Made by a program: the position numbers and the translations under genes. From the NCBI GenBank assembly GCA_964016885.1, contig OZ024742.1, positions 275,032,001-275,096,000 on the forward strand: DNA of 64,000 nt, read 5' to 3'. The notes under the pieces are model-generated. The model was not told where the DNA came from, searched no databases, and saw nothing but the letters and a program-made list of their open reading frames with translations. This document shows positions 38,674 through 51,746 of this stretch, one piece after another (the stretch's first letter is position 1; every line of letters begins with the position of its first letter). The stretch is from Eledone cirrhosa (Eukaryota).

Positions 38674-40049
38674 AGTATGTATATATGCAATATATGCTTG
38701 TATGTATATATGAATATTTGTATTTATATGTATATATTTATGAGGACATGCATATCTGTATACATGTAATTGCTTCCCATTGCTGGTCTTGTACCAGAAG
38801 TAGAAACAATTATTTCCGTACGATTAACAACATTGCGCACATTCGAAGAGGGTTGCATAATTTTATTGCGGAAAAATGCGTATTCTTGTTAAATGTTTAA
38901 ATAATCTATTAAATCAGATTCCTCCGTCGGTTTCGATGATGATTCTTTAAGTCTTTGATCTTGTGAGCGGCCTATTCCTGGTAGATTGACTTGCACTTGT
39001 TTTAATCATCTTGTAGCAGGTGAAATCTTAACAATTCTCTGGGAGATTCAGTATGAGAGAATGTGTAACAAGCCAGAAACATTGAATTAGATGTATAACC
39101 CAATCACATGATTTTCCATCTGTTTCCCTTTACCCGACTTCCCTCCTATGTGTCGAGTTTGGTCTATGGTAGAAGACACATGCAATAGATATCCCACAGG
39201 CCGAGCTTTTAATCAATCGGCCACCCTGCACCCATGACTGCATATATAATGACCAGGTACACTGAAGATAACTGAAACTTAGCATTTTAATAGTCATAAT
39301 ATTGTCGGCAGTGCTTTGCTTTGTTCTTGTATTTGGTGTTGGTCAATATTACGCTTGTACAATCACTTGAAAAGAATAATGAAGAAAACATGGAAACTCA
39401 ATTTTTTTATTTGAACTGTCAACACTGAAAATAGCTTTAAAGATATAACTAATTCGAAGTTTGAAAGCATTGACAATGTGAAATGGACGTATAAACAAGT
39501 CGGATAAACAGGTTCTTATGTGTTTTTTGCCTCAATTTATTTATGTCCTGATATTTCGAGATTAAGATCTCTTCTCCGGGGAAAATTAAAGGGACTAATC
39601 CAGTGTCCGATGAAACTCGATATACCATGCTGACAGAAGTGGTTTTATTTTTATTATTTTTTCAAATCTTTTGTTTCAATAAAATTGAAGGTATTAATAG
39701 GTCAAAAGGAGCACTGAGTTATTTTCCTTTAAATCTGCATAGATACGTTTATACAAGCTGTCACACACGTACACGCACACGTATGTCTGTGTAGGCAAGC
39801 ACACAAATACGCATACATGCATGAATATAATCGTGTAAGCACATACATGCACATACACGATTTCTTACAGATAAATAAAAACAGATAAACTCACACGTAT
39901 ACATGCACGAACGTACATGCACTCTTGCATATATTCACTTAGGCGTATAATTACGTATCTACATGCATGTATGTGAGGGTATTTGAACCCTTAAGTGTAA
40001 GGTCCGATTGTCTTCTAAGTTACGTGTTGTATGCCTAATTCTATGTTAG

Positions 40050-40420
40050 GTATTGTTTGCTTAATGCTAGTCTTAATTGTGGGTGTGTTCTGGCTATGAT
40101 TAATGCTTCCTTTATTCTAAGGTTGCCTATATTCCCTTCTATGTTTTCTGCATTTACACTTATCTTTTTGTTAGTTTTTTTTGTTGCATTTATCTAAGTC
40201 TTAATTGAATGAGGAAGCGTTAGCGTTAATGTGTTCCTTAATTCTGATATGTAGGTGTCTGGTGGTGCTTCCTATATAGAAGTAATTACATTTTTCATCT
40301 TGGACTCGGTACATGACGTATGCTTGATGGCATATGTCGGCGTTATTGATAGGGAAGTTAGCCAGTGTGCAGTGTCTCTTGTGGTGTTTAGGTCGATTCC
40401 TAGATAGTAGACTGCGTAGT
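40050..40420 (-). mobile_element. Penelope-like GIY-YIG remnant
   Basis: The minus strand of ~40225-40320 reads VMYRVQDEKCNYFYIGSTTRHLHIRIKEH. Confidence 0.8.
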
Positions 40421-41267
40421 GAAGGGCCTCAGTGAGCTAGTTGTAAATTTAGCCCTTCTCTTCGGATGGCTTTGCGGGTAGCTGTTGTCGTTTGATCTCT
40501 GAAACGTGGTAGCTTCTACCATAAATTGGTTGATGCGGCTTGTTCATGTGGAGAAATATATTCAAGCTAAATAATCATCAACAGCATCTTTCTGTGAGCT
40601 TTTTCGACTTGTTAATTTCTTAATTATTTAGACTTAGAAATATGGGCAGTGATATTTCATAAACTGACGCTATAAATATATTCCAGTGAGCATTTCTGAG
40701 AGATAGAGTTGGTGGGAATATGTAAGGCGCATCTATTAGATACGCTTTATATGTAGTTAGTTTGCATTTATGAAGTAGACATTTATGAAGTATACTGAAC
40801 GAAGAAACATAATAGAGAGTTCTAACAAGCTGGTAATTTATGGTCTAACATGATAGCTATACTGGATGCAGCATTAAATAGATGTGTGTAACAGACACAC
40901 GATCAAATGTGTGAATTTTACACTAATTTTGTCCGTGTTCAGATTTGGAGAGAATGAACAAATTTTCAAGTTGAACATATTTTCTGGCCTTCCTGTGAAA
41001 GCTGAGATTTAAGATGGAGTTTTAAGAATGACTTCCGTTTGATTCCTTTGAAGATAATCAAAACTTGGATCAGTTTCTTATCTGAATGAATAGCAATTTT
41101 TTTTATATTTATAGTAATTATGAGTTGCACTGTTGAAGGACGATTACATATGTTCTCTATTGTTTGATATATAGAACTGGTGAATTTGTTTCGCAAGGTT
41201 TTTGATATGAAATCATGTGTTGAAACAAATAGTGCTATATTTGGGGAGGACCATGTTCTGATAATAT

Positions 41268-41455
41268 TTGTTTCTACTTTTGGCACAAGGCCAGCAATTA
41301 CCCAGTACATTACTGGTACTTTATTTTATCGACCCCGTAAGGATGAAAGGCAAAGTTAACCTCGCCGGGATTTGAACTCAGACCATAAAGGGACGTAACT
41401 ATGCTGGAAAGCATGGCGTCCGACCCTCTACCGATACTGCCAATTCACCGTGCTA
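41268..41455 (-). mobile_element. SINE family 1
   Basis: Reverse complement of the 8510-8698 family. Confidence 0.9.
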
Positions 41456-44288
41456 GAAATATATAATAAAACACACCCACTGTTCGGTTTTGTTTGGTTT
41501 TCGATTTAGTATATTTTATATTTCTATAATTAATTCAACTGGCAATCGATGTTTTTCATTGATTGATTAACAGTTAAAAATATAGATATAAATATAGTAT
41601 TTCAGAGCTCTGTCGTCACACAACTGTGACATAATAAGAGATACTATTATGTTTCCGTTGTATTGCTGTAATATTTTATTTTTCTGTTTTTATTTATTGT
41701 TGTCTCTGTTTGCAAATACGTGTGTGTGCATGTTTTTCTGTTTGGTGTGTTTGTGTGTTCTTGTCAGAGTCTGTGTTTGTTTGTTTTCTATCTTTGCTTT
41801 GTGTGTTTATATGCGTTATCAAGCTACAGCCGTCATCATATGCAGATAATTCATAACAGAAATAATATTAATACACACAGGTACGTTTAAATAGGTGTGT
41901 ATGTATTTATGTTCTTCTGGTTTTATAATGTTATAAATGTTTACCAAGAGAGTGTCGGTTTCTAACATAGATACAAAACTCTTTCATTAAATTTTAAAAG
42001 AACATCAACTAGGTTGATATGTATGCATGTCTGCATACGTGTGCGTACGCGCGCGCGCGCGTGTGTGTGTGTGTGTGTGCAGGTATGGATGTATATATTT
42101 GAGTTACATGTGTCCATGTGCATATGTTTTATATAGGTAACCAGATCAAGACTTTTCTTCATCCCATTTATGTCCTTGACATAGAGTTGCAGGTCATCAA
42201 GAAAGAAATTATGGGTTAGGTTTGTATTTCTGTCTTCATGTGAGCCATTGATGTATCCATCCCATTTCTTGAGAAGAAAGGATAATGTGATTAATGATAT
42301 GATAAATAATAGCACAGAGAGAGAGTCTCCTTGAAATATACCCCTGCGATATTCTTTTTGTCAGTGGAAGTATAGTCATCCTTTTTTTCTTTTTAACTTT
42401 AGGATAGTAGTCCTAGAAGAAGATAGGTTCTCTATGATGCTGATAATAGGGTTTGGTATATTAGCAAGATGGAGGGTCTCCATGAGTAGGGAACAGTATC
42501 AAATGTTTTCCTGTAGCCCAGCGAGACTTTAACCATATTCCTTCTAAGTTGTCGTACCTCTGATATCACAGTTTTGTTAATTAGGAGTTGTTCAGCACGC
42601 CCCCAAACAACTTTCTTACTAGTTGCTTGCTCATTCGTGAGGATGTTATCACTCTCGCAAGAAAAATAACTTCAGGCTAGCTCTATACATTTCATGTATC
42701 AGGTTCTGGAATGCAATATGTCGGTAGTTTTTTGCCAGGTGAGTGTCTTTGTTCATGGTGACCAGTATTGTTTGTGCTAATATCAACCAGCCTGATATAT
42801 GTGCCCCACCCTGGAGAGCTTGGTGGTAGCGGTTGACAGAATGTCAGTTTTTTCTACAACTAACCGACAATCAAGTATCCTTCTGGTGTTTTCTTAACAC
42901 AGTCTCAAGGGAATCATCATTTATTCTGTACGTTGTTGTGGTAGTGTAGGTGCAGTAGTTATTTTGGATTTCTTTTAGTCACATTGCATCTTCTTTGAAA
43001 TTCTTCTTTCACCCCATATTTTTTCTCCAGAAAGAATCTATGTATTTCTGGGTCGGAGTCTCAGTGGCATTTATTACTTTACCTTCCATATCTCTATAAA
43101 CTGATGTTTGGTTTCTTCCGAATATTTTATTACTTATTTTTCTTTCATCTATCCTTTTCTGGTATCGAAGTTTCTCGCTGACAGCTCTCAATTCTTATTT
43201 CAGGGGGATCAGCTTATATTGAAGAGATCTGGTTGTACTATCTCCAAACATCGTTTCTATTTCATTTTTTACCCTTTGTTGGTGAGGAGTGTAGTTATTT
43301 TGTTTCCATGTAAAAAACATTGTCACTTATCCTATATTTTTCCGTAAGTCAGCAATCCTTTTCTCTATTTTAGTAATATACTAGCAGAATGGCCCGGCGT
43401 TGCTCGGGATTTGTTCTAGGGTTCTTATATATTTGATATATATTTATCCTTATCGAGCCTCGTGAAATAAATACGTTTGTTTATATTTTGTTATTGTGTA
43501 TGCAAAAATATCTGTACACGAATATATAATTATATATATATATATAAACTATAATAAAGGGAGGAGCGCGGGACTGTGTACGGTTTATAATTTGTTATCC
43601 CATTAGTAAAATAAGTTGTATTACTTTGAATAAATAAGAATGAATATTACATAATTTACCTACTAAATTTCGTGGTTGTTGATTCAATATATTTTGTTTA
43701 TTTAAAGATTCACTTTTTTTTAATTTCTGAAATATCAACACTTCCGGTGGCGATCGCTTAAATAAACATATTAATTTTCTGGGACTAATTTTCTCCTAAT
43801 GCAGTTTATATATAATATCGTCTGTTTTAATGTATCATGGATTACGTTACTGATTACATAAGTCAGTGTAACGCAGTCTTCGTTCAATTTCTATGTATTA
43901 TATATTGTCATTTACGATATCTACATATATATATATATACCTGCGTATAATATCAATATACATACCACAAATGCTAGCAGAAAACCATCCTGCTAGTATA
44001 TATTAAAATAACAGATTAAAGTTTAAGCACAGAATCGCTGCTTTCACCCTTAACGGGATCTTCTGAAACTAAAAAAAATCAATCTGTGAACACAGAAGTA
44101 AATATTTCGAAAAACGTTACACACACTATATATATATATATATATATATAGTATGTAGGAGTTGTATTTAATTTGTTGGAATTCCGACAAACATAAATGT
44201 TTATAACTGATATAGAGCACTCAACAAGTTACTGGAGTAATTATTCCAAGATAATAATAAATTGAAACTATATTTATAAAACCATATT

Positions 44289-44353
44289 TATTTTATTATA
44301 TATATTTCAAGGGCGACCAAGCAAACCTTGGTGCGCTTTCATCAGATAAAATA
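44289..44353 (-). ncRNA. type I hammerhead ribozyme
   Basis: TATTTTAT-CTGATGA-AAG cgc ACCAAG gtttg CTTGGT cgcc CTT-GAAA-TATATA-TA-ATAAAATA. Confidence 0.85.
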
Positions 44354-44489
44354 CAAAATTTGTTCTATAAATAATGACATACCCATGGAAATCACACCTT
44401 AACGGTCCGAAAATTAGGTGGATAACGAATTTTCGGACCGTTAAGGTGTGACTTCCATTGGTATGTCATTATTTATAGAAAAAATGTTG

Positions 44490-44554
44490 TATTTTATCTG
44501 ATGAAAGTGCACCAAGATTTGCTTGGTCGCCCTTGAAATATATATAATAAAATA
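44490..44554 (+). ncRNA. type I hammerhead ribozyme
   Basis: TATTTTAT-CTGATGA-AAG tgc ACCAAG atttg CTTGGT cgcc CTT-GAAA-TATATA-TA-ATAAAATA; 8-bp stem I overlapping AATAAA. Confidence 0.87.
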
Positions 44555-44613
44555 AATATGATTTTATAAATATAGTTTCCATTTATTATATATCTTGTGC
44601 CTAAAGTAGAAAC

Positions 44614-44676
<63 letters not shown>

Positions 44677-44687
44677 TAGTTTCCATT

Positions 44688-44747
<60 letters not shown>

Positions 44748-46167
44748 TATATATACATATATATACACACACACACACAGCTACGTCATAATGTCGTAAT
44801 GCAGACAGCCAGGCATACAGACAGATATTATAAGGGCGCAACGTTATATCTATGTATCTATCTAAAAAGAGAAAGACTAAGACTTATAGAGAGAGATCGC
44901 TAAATTGCCTAATGCGGTCCGTAGGGCATTGACAATTTGAATTTATTTTTGCTCGAAACACTCACAGGACCATAAGTATTACATGTGTAAAGTTTGAAAA
45001 CAATCGGTTGGGTGGTTCTCGAACTTTAGTGATCGGACAGACAGACAGACAGACAGCCATTCTCTGTTTTAGATATATAGATGATGGTGATTTTTGGCAG
45101 TATTTTGTTCTTCTTAACATCTCCTTTATCACCAAGATAATGCTTCACTGTCGTTGCCAGTGTATATAACAGACGTTGATTTGCCAAAATGTAGAGGTTT
45201 AAATTCGTCGTAAATATTCACCCACTATTTCATCAATAGCACGTACGATTTCATTATTTGGTTTCATTTTGTTTCGAACTGTTGTTTTATTACGTTTCAC
45301 AAGGGAAATGTTTATACTTGAATTAATTTTTCTCTGGAAGATTTCGTTGCGCGTAAATTTCAGTTGTTTATAATAATGGGAGGTGTATTATTATTAACAG
45401 TGTTTTCCACAACAGTCGAGGTAGAATCAGTTGAGACACTTGGTATCAAATTTATCAGCGGCATAGTTGTTTCAAGGGACTGTTTGGCCTGGCTGCTAGA
45501 AAGTCTAGTAGCATGGCAACTGTAGCACCTGTTGTTGATTACATGTTTGATCTGGGGTACCTACAATGAATAATATTCATTAGTTATTTTTACGTTCAAC
45601 AAACGTTGCTTGTTAGCGTAATTGTTTAGCTGTGAAGTGTTTTAGTTCCGGATGTATTTCATCCCAGTACAACTAGATTCTGTTCATACAGCAAACAGAA
45701 GGGTTATTTTTGCTAACAATTAAATATATCATTTTTAAGCTCATAACTCCAAGAAAAATGTGGTTTATAATTTCGGTTTCTTCTGTAGCTACAACTAATT
45801 AAATTCTTTAACTTTCACATTGTTTTTTTCTCCAGTACATTAATGTTGATACTGTTTTCAGCGATGCTGTTTGTAGCAAATGCTTGTAAAATAAATTTAG
45901 TGCTTACTAGGATATCTCTAAGAATTCGAATAAAAAGTTTATTTAGTGGGTGTTATCAGAGCTGAGATCTATCTTTATTAGCCAAGCATATAATATCGAA
46001 TTATTAGAAGTAAACATACACACACACATACAATTAGACGAATATCCAGTTATTCAACGCTACTGGTACTTGTAGCATAACTGTCGGAGATAATATTCAT
46101 CTTAAATTTGATGAGTCGTCTCCCTAGACAAAATATGCGACTGCTTTTATGTATGTATATATATAGA

Positions 46168-46492
46168 TGCGAAGGCATGTGGCTTTGTGGTTAGGGTATT
46201 CGGCTCACAATCGTAAGTTTATGAATTCGATTCCCGGCAGCGTATTGTGTCCTTGAGCAAGATACTTTATTTCATGTCGCTACAGTCCACTCAGTTGACA
46301 AAACTGAGTTGTGCCCGTAATTCGAAGGGCCAGCCTTGTCACATTCCGTGTCACTCTGAATCGCCCTGAGAACTGCGTTAAGCATACACATGTTTGTGGA
46401 ATGCTCAGTCACTTGCACTTTAATTTCACGGGAAGGATGTTATGTTGATCGTATTAACTAGAACACTCGTCGTCGTAATCGACGAAGTGCCT
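46168..46492 (+). mobile_element. tRNA-derived SINE, family 2
   Basis: A-box TGGCTTTGTGG, B-box GAATTCGATTCCC, then a CORE-like ttgtgtccttgagcaagatacttt. Confidence 0.8.
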
Positions 46493-46645
46493 TAAAAATA
46501 TATGAATTTATAATCTCTGCGCATCCAAAATGGATAAAGAATTATGGAACATTCTATTGTCTAACACTGTCCAACTTAATTAATCACTAGAACTTGTTTA
46601 CCTAATTTAGTGTTCTACACGCATATAAACGGCTTCGTCCTCGTA

Positions 46646-46752
46646 ACAGCAGCAACAGCAGCAGCAGCAGCAGCTGCAGTAGTAGTAGTAGTAGTGGCGG
46701 TGGTGGTGATGGTGGTGGTTGTGTTGTTTTGCAGTTGTTGCTGCTGTTGTTT
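46646..46752. repeat. compound trinucleotide repeat (CAG)n(TAG)n(GGT)n
   Basis: Direct tracts. Confidence 0.9.
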
Positions 46753-47099
46753 TTCAAGTTGCTAGCTGCAAGTTGAGTTCGAGATTAGTCAATTATAATA
46801 TTAATCTGAAAATAGATGCAGACCAAGTCTGGGTGAAATACATTAAGGAAAGGTCACTCGGCTGGTGTAAACAACTCATACCACATTTGTAGCTTTGCTA
46901 TATTAAGGAGCAAAGGTTAACATTTATTTTCGTCTTACAATATCCTGATCGGAATCTTACATACTATGTATGTTTCTGTTAGTCTGATGGTGCCAATTCA
47001 ATAAATAAAACGTACTGAATGTAGCTGATTAGTTCTGTGTAATGTAAAGTATTCATATGAATATTTATATATTAATGTATGTATTAGTGTTTCGAGATG

Positions 47100-47730
47100 A
47101 TTGAAAAGCGGGAGACGGAAGTGGTCAACGGAATCATAGTGGATCTATGTGTTTGTGTGTAATGTTTTAAATTGTGACCGTCAGATTTTTGAAGAAATTT
47201 ATTTTGCTGCCGATTTATCTATCGAATGGTCGTCCGCATGAGCTGGTGAGAGGAGCGGGTAAGGATGGACTCAGTGGTGAGAGCAGATTAAGAGGTGGGA
47301 TGAAACTTGAGGCGGAAACCGCAAGGAATCAGGTGGTGGTGGAGACTGACTTAAAAATGTGATGTGACTGTTGTATCGTGTTTTAGTGAAGATGAGGTTG
47401 GAGAGATGCAGGGAGGATTGGATGCATATAGGGAGGGAGAGGCTGGAGGAAGCGCTTGAGAGTAGAATGGAGCTGGCGGAGAAAAGATTTGAGATTGAAG
47501 GCACTAGGGTGGGAGTGAAAAATAGACGGGTGAGAAGAAGGTGGTGTAAGAAGATTGTAGTAGAGGAAAAGTGGTAGAGAGTCGTGGAATATTTAAATGC
47601 AAGAAGCAAAGAAAATTTCAAAGATACGAAGATGTTCTCGTGGAAGTTAAGGTGTACTCCGAGTTGGTATCCAGTTTCGAAATGAAAGTCCAATCAGAAA
47701 ATCCAACGAATTTTGAGAGTTCCCCGTAAG
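47100..47730 (-). mobile_element. probable N-terminal remnant of a Penelope-like ORF
   Basis: LHLSNLIFTKTRYNSHITFLSQ followed by HLIP..GF...FHP resembles PLE N-termini from memory; no catalytic motif is present. Confidence 0.5.
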
Positions 47731-47733
47731 CGT

Positions 47734-47789
<56 letters not shown>

Positions 47790-48121
47790 ATGTAAAAGGT
47801 AAACAGAAATAACAACACAATTATATATATATATAATAGTAAAAAAGAAAACCTAGAAAATGCTAAAGGGATTTTCTCTCAGAATAACATCACAACATTT
47901 ATTTACAAAATAGGAATTTCAGCATTATTTGTTTCTGTTTCAGTTTGTAGGCTTAATTAAAAACATTTACTTCCTCTGTCAACTCTTAGGCCACTCAATC
48001 ATTTAAACCAATCCCACGGACAGCTCCTTTTAACACCTCCCCGTCGCCACTTCTGCTTCGCCCACTTCATCTCCGTCTTCCACTTCCTTGCCATTCACTG
48101 TCTCTCATTCTTCTTCTTCTT

Positions 48122-51100
48122 GTAGATCTAAATTGATCAAGGCCCCTCTCGTGCCAGGTTCGTTACCTACCCTATCCACGATGTATCGCATGAGGTGGAG
48201 TTTGTCGTGAATGGATCTGTCTGGAATGGCGCATGTCAGCACCTCTCCCACGAGATCACCGATGACAAGCGCCAACGTCTTTGCTAGCACCTTCACCAAA
48301 ATCTTGAACTCTGCGTTGAGCAGTTATGAGCCTGAAATTATCTATCTTGTCCCTATTGTTCAGGTCTTTTCTCAGCAGTGCTACCGATTCTCGTCTCACA
48401 GAGCTGGGAATTTTCCGGTTCTACTGCTAGTTGCAGTAGACATCCGCCAAGAGGTCGCCTAACCAGTCTGGCATGCGTACGTAAAGCTCGTAGGGCAGAC
48501 CATCCAATCCAGGTGAATTACCCTTCGTGCAGACAATCATTGTTGCCGGTATTTCAGCGGCTGTTATCGGCCTTTCGCAAAGCTCCACCTCAGTGTCCGA
48601 GAGCTACGGCATTTTGTCGAGGTAGGCTCTAAAGATGCGATGCCTTTACTAAGCGCCTCGTCTAATTTTCTAACTAGTTCTCCATCGGCTCTATGTATCT
48701 CTATTCCTAACGCCTTACTAAAACTAATTGACTTCATTCTAATCGCCATTTCAGGTCGAACCACCATTTGTTGTTGACGATTGCCCCCGTCAACGCAGGC
48801 TTAACTAGTTCGCTAATTCGGTCTCTGTAGGCTTTGTGCGCTGTTGACGTCGCGTTTAGCTTCCAGTAGCCGGGTCCCTATCTATGAAGTCTATCTAAGT
48901 CAACCACACAGGTCACGAATTTGTGGTCTGTGTTGTCGACTATTTTGAATTGTGGACAACCTATGCTAGCACTATCTTTTTCCTTCAAAATATTCTATCT
49001 AGATACGGTCTGGATGACCTGATGTGGGTTGTCCATGGCCACATGGGTATATTTGGGAAATCCAGTCAGTATTTGTCAGACAGTTGGACATGTCGGAGCA
49101 GGTTTGCGAGGCTTTTCCACCCTCACCCCTATCCGCTAATCCCACGCAATCCCAGCGTGCATCCAATATCCCGTTCCGATCGCTCACTCGCGTTAAAGAA
49201 CGAGACGTTCCTAGGAAGGTCTCTCGTCGCCTGAAGAATTCAGGCCATTCTGCCTTTGTCAGGGCATAAACATCCACTAGCCTAAAAGCATAGCCGCCGC
49301 TGCTGGTCACGTCCAGCACACCCGATTTACCCTATGGATCCAGGAAGATGGACCGTATCACGAGATCAATGCCACTCCGAAACAAAACAGCATATCCGCT
49401 TCCAGATCTGGGCCGGCTTGGAGATGCGTACACAAAGTACCCGCCGAAGATGGGGGCGAAGACATGTGCCTCGGAAATTCTGGTCTCGCTGATGGCCACC
49501 ACATCTATGTTCATTGACCTGAGGTCGTTGAGCAAGTTACCCTGCTTCCGAGAGGACCCCAATCTACGTGCATTTATGCTACCTATCCTGAGAGAGGCCA
49601 TGTTGGCTAAGATAGGAGGAAAAAAAGTGAGAGCGAAAAGGCAAACAAACTTTAACTGTGGCTCTTTTTTAGTCAGGGGGTGGGTGATCCACTCCTCCGA
49701 CCAGCGGTGGGTTTCTCAACGAGAATGTCTGAGAATATTCTTTTAGTGATGTTCTCTCAGTAGTCTCCAATGGAAGTGAGAAACATTTTTTTTTTAAATT
49801 ATGTAATTTTTGGGGCGTGATTTCGATTACTTTTATGTGTCTGGTCAGTATGTGGTTTGTTACTGTGATGTTGGTGTTGTGTTGAATGTAATTTAAAAGC
49901 CTTGTGTTGTCTGTGTCTATGGCTGTGTATGGTGACTGCTGTTGTGATGCTGGTGCTTTGTGTTTGCTGTGGTATTGTTGGAGGTGACGATGGGGTAGAT
50001 GCTAACGGTGGTGATGGTGGTGTTGGTAGTGTTGGTGGTGATAGTATAGGTGGTTGTTGGGTTGTGGCAGTTGATGGTGGTGGATGTAGGGTCGTTGAAT
50101 TTTTCATTATTTTTTTGTTTCATTCTTCCTCTTTCGTTTTTGAGGGCGAAGGTACGGAGTTCTTCCTTGTTTTTACTGGGATCGTTTTCCATCCTTCGGC
50201 GTCATTGCACTCCTTGTCCGATTTGTCAATATCTGACAAGGGCATACTGTACCTTGGTCTGGTCAATGGTGGAGGTGGTGGTGTCTTTGTTGTTGGTGTC
50301 TGTAATTTTCCTTCTGCCACTGTGTTCTTGGTTGGTTTGTCCACTCCAGTCGTGTGGCACGGTGTAGGGAGAAAGGGGGAGCACGTGCCCTCTTGGTGAG
50401 TTTGGAGCAGAAAACATTAAGGTTCATCTTGTCACCGCACCTTTGATTATAATTACCGACACTTTGGGCGCCTACCTTCGACAGTCACGAGTAGATGGCT
50501 GCCGACGTCCAGGTCGATCACATCAGGGATGGCCTCTACGCTCTCATGGTCTGCTTGAATGATTAGCTCCATCTCCGAGCCTGTCCAGATTTCCTGTCTC
50601 ATCCGTATGTCGGTGAGGATAGTTGCTGACTCCTCGACGTCAGCGAGGATGGCTGCCATCAGCCACAGGATCACCACTGAGGGAGAAACCTGGGTCATTC
50701 GGACCCTCTCGACTCTCTGGCCGCAGAATGTGGGTATCATTACGATTTCCTCACTGCGGAGTGTTGCAATGGAGTGTGCTCTGATTTCTTCGGCTGTAGT
50801 GATGAGAACACCCACAGTGCGATACATCGATCCCCGTTTCTATATATGTTTTCTGTAACCAGAGGGCACCCATATCCCTTTGGTCCTGCAAATCGCTTGC
50901 TCTTTCGCCCCGGCTCGATTTTATTCCAATTGTGCGGTAACTGACCGAAAACAAAAGCTTTTTTTTTCATTATATTAGGTGCGCGGGTGAAACTTACCCA
51001 GTGTACGCTCTTCGACTGCCTCATTTCCGTTTCATTGGCGTGTACACGTTCGATATTTTTTGCAGCTTTGGCGTATTATATGGCTTCTGTTTGCTGTGTT

Positions 51101-51600
51101 GGTTCATCGTTACTGCTTTTGGTGTTTTTGGTGGTAGGGGTGGGCTGGTCTTGTTTTTTGTTAGTTTTTCTTGTGTTGTTGTTGTTACGGTTGTTCTTTG
51201 AGCTCTTTGTGGCTTTTGCTGCTGTTGTTGTTATGAAGATGGCTGTGGTGCTGGTGTTTGTTGATTTTTTTAGCGAGGGGAAATTAGTGTCGTAATAATT
51301 TGGCGCTGTACTACTACTGATAATTTTAAAGCCGATGTTTTTAGTGTTGCTACTGCTGCTGCACTGTAGCTGCTGCTGTTTCTGTTATCGTTGCTTCTAC
51401 CTTTCGATAGGACGAAATCGGCTGTTCCACTTTCTGAAGAACACGCTGTTCTTCCCTGTGGACAATCATTTCCGCCCGTCATTTTTTTTTCAAACAAAAA
51501 ATTGAGGGATGTCACTGTAAATAAACATAAATTCAACTCATAAGGGAGCCAGATACAGTTAAAAAAACAACTCCTTTGAAAGGGGTGTTCTATAGCAAGA
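48122..51600 (-). mobile_element. decayed L1/Tx1-clade LINE (ORF1, APE, RT start; 3' part lost)
   Basis: ORF1 IIQADHESVEAIPDVIDL...VEGRRPKC; ORF2 start MASLRIGSINARRLGSSRKQ...IDVVAISETR (APE); CAIPDRSIHDKLHLMRY...LINLD, then broken at (TTC)n. Confidence 0.9.
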
Positions 51601-51697
51601 CAACAATGTAAAATATGCTATATAAATGTTTCAAAGACACATAAAAATTAAGTGACTTACTCCGTCTTAGTTACACACGTCTAGAGAGATGCAGCAC

Positions 51698-51746
<49 letters not shown>
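51698..51746. repeat. (AAT)n microsatellite
   Basis: Direct tract; it produces the poly-N start of ORF 51689-52690. Confidence 0.97.

Larger units (their letters stand above)
44255..44588. repeat. fold-back unit (~160-bp arms, 12-bp spacer) with two intact hammerheads
   Basis: ...ccttaacggtccgaaaatt aggtggataacg aattttcggaccgttaagg...; the arms are highly similar with scattered mismatches. Confidence 0.95.
43381..45081 (-). mobile_element. non-autonomous Helitron with nested repeats
   Basis: The minus strand starts TC (45081-45080) after A and ends CTAG (43384-43381) before T. Subterminal hairpin cccggcgttgctcggg (43393-43408); (GACA)n near the 5' end; no TSD; the LINE resumes on both sides. 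Confidence 0.85.
42130..45950 (-). mobile_element. old R4-like non-LTR retrotransposon, 3'-truncated and interrupted by a Helitron
   Basis: LTHNFFLDDLQLY (RT YxDD region); GRAEQLLINKTV; NKIFGRNQTSVYR..FW; N-terminal WDEIHPELKHFTAKQLR*QATFVE near 45590-45670. Confidence 0.8.

Noticed and set aside
39546-39582. Hammerhead-like ccggagaa-gagat ctta atctc-gaaa-tatc-agga on the minus strand
   Set aside because: The core has multiple mismatches and stem III is too short; at best a dead remnant.
40500-41265. ORF 40966-41310 and adjacent degenerate coding-like sequence
   Set aside because: The ORF start derives from the SINE tail, and the remainder has no motif I can assign confidently. It is probably an old retroelement.
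46168-46240. Possible tRNA gene
   Set aside because: A and B boxes are present but there is no complete cloverleaf, and it continues into a SINE body.
51689-51746. Poly-asparagine N-terminus of the 333-aa ORF
   Set aside because: It is the (AAT)n target tract fortuitously in frame with a 5'-truncated LINE.
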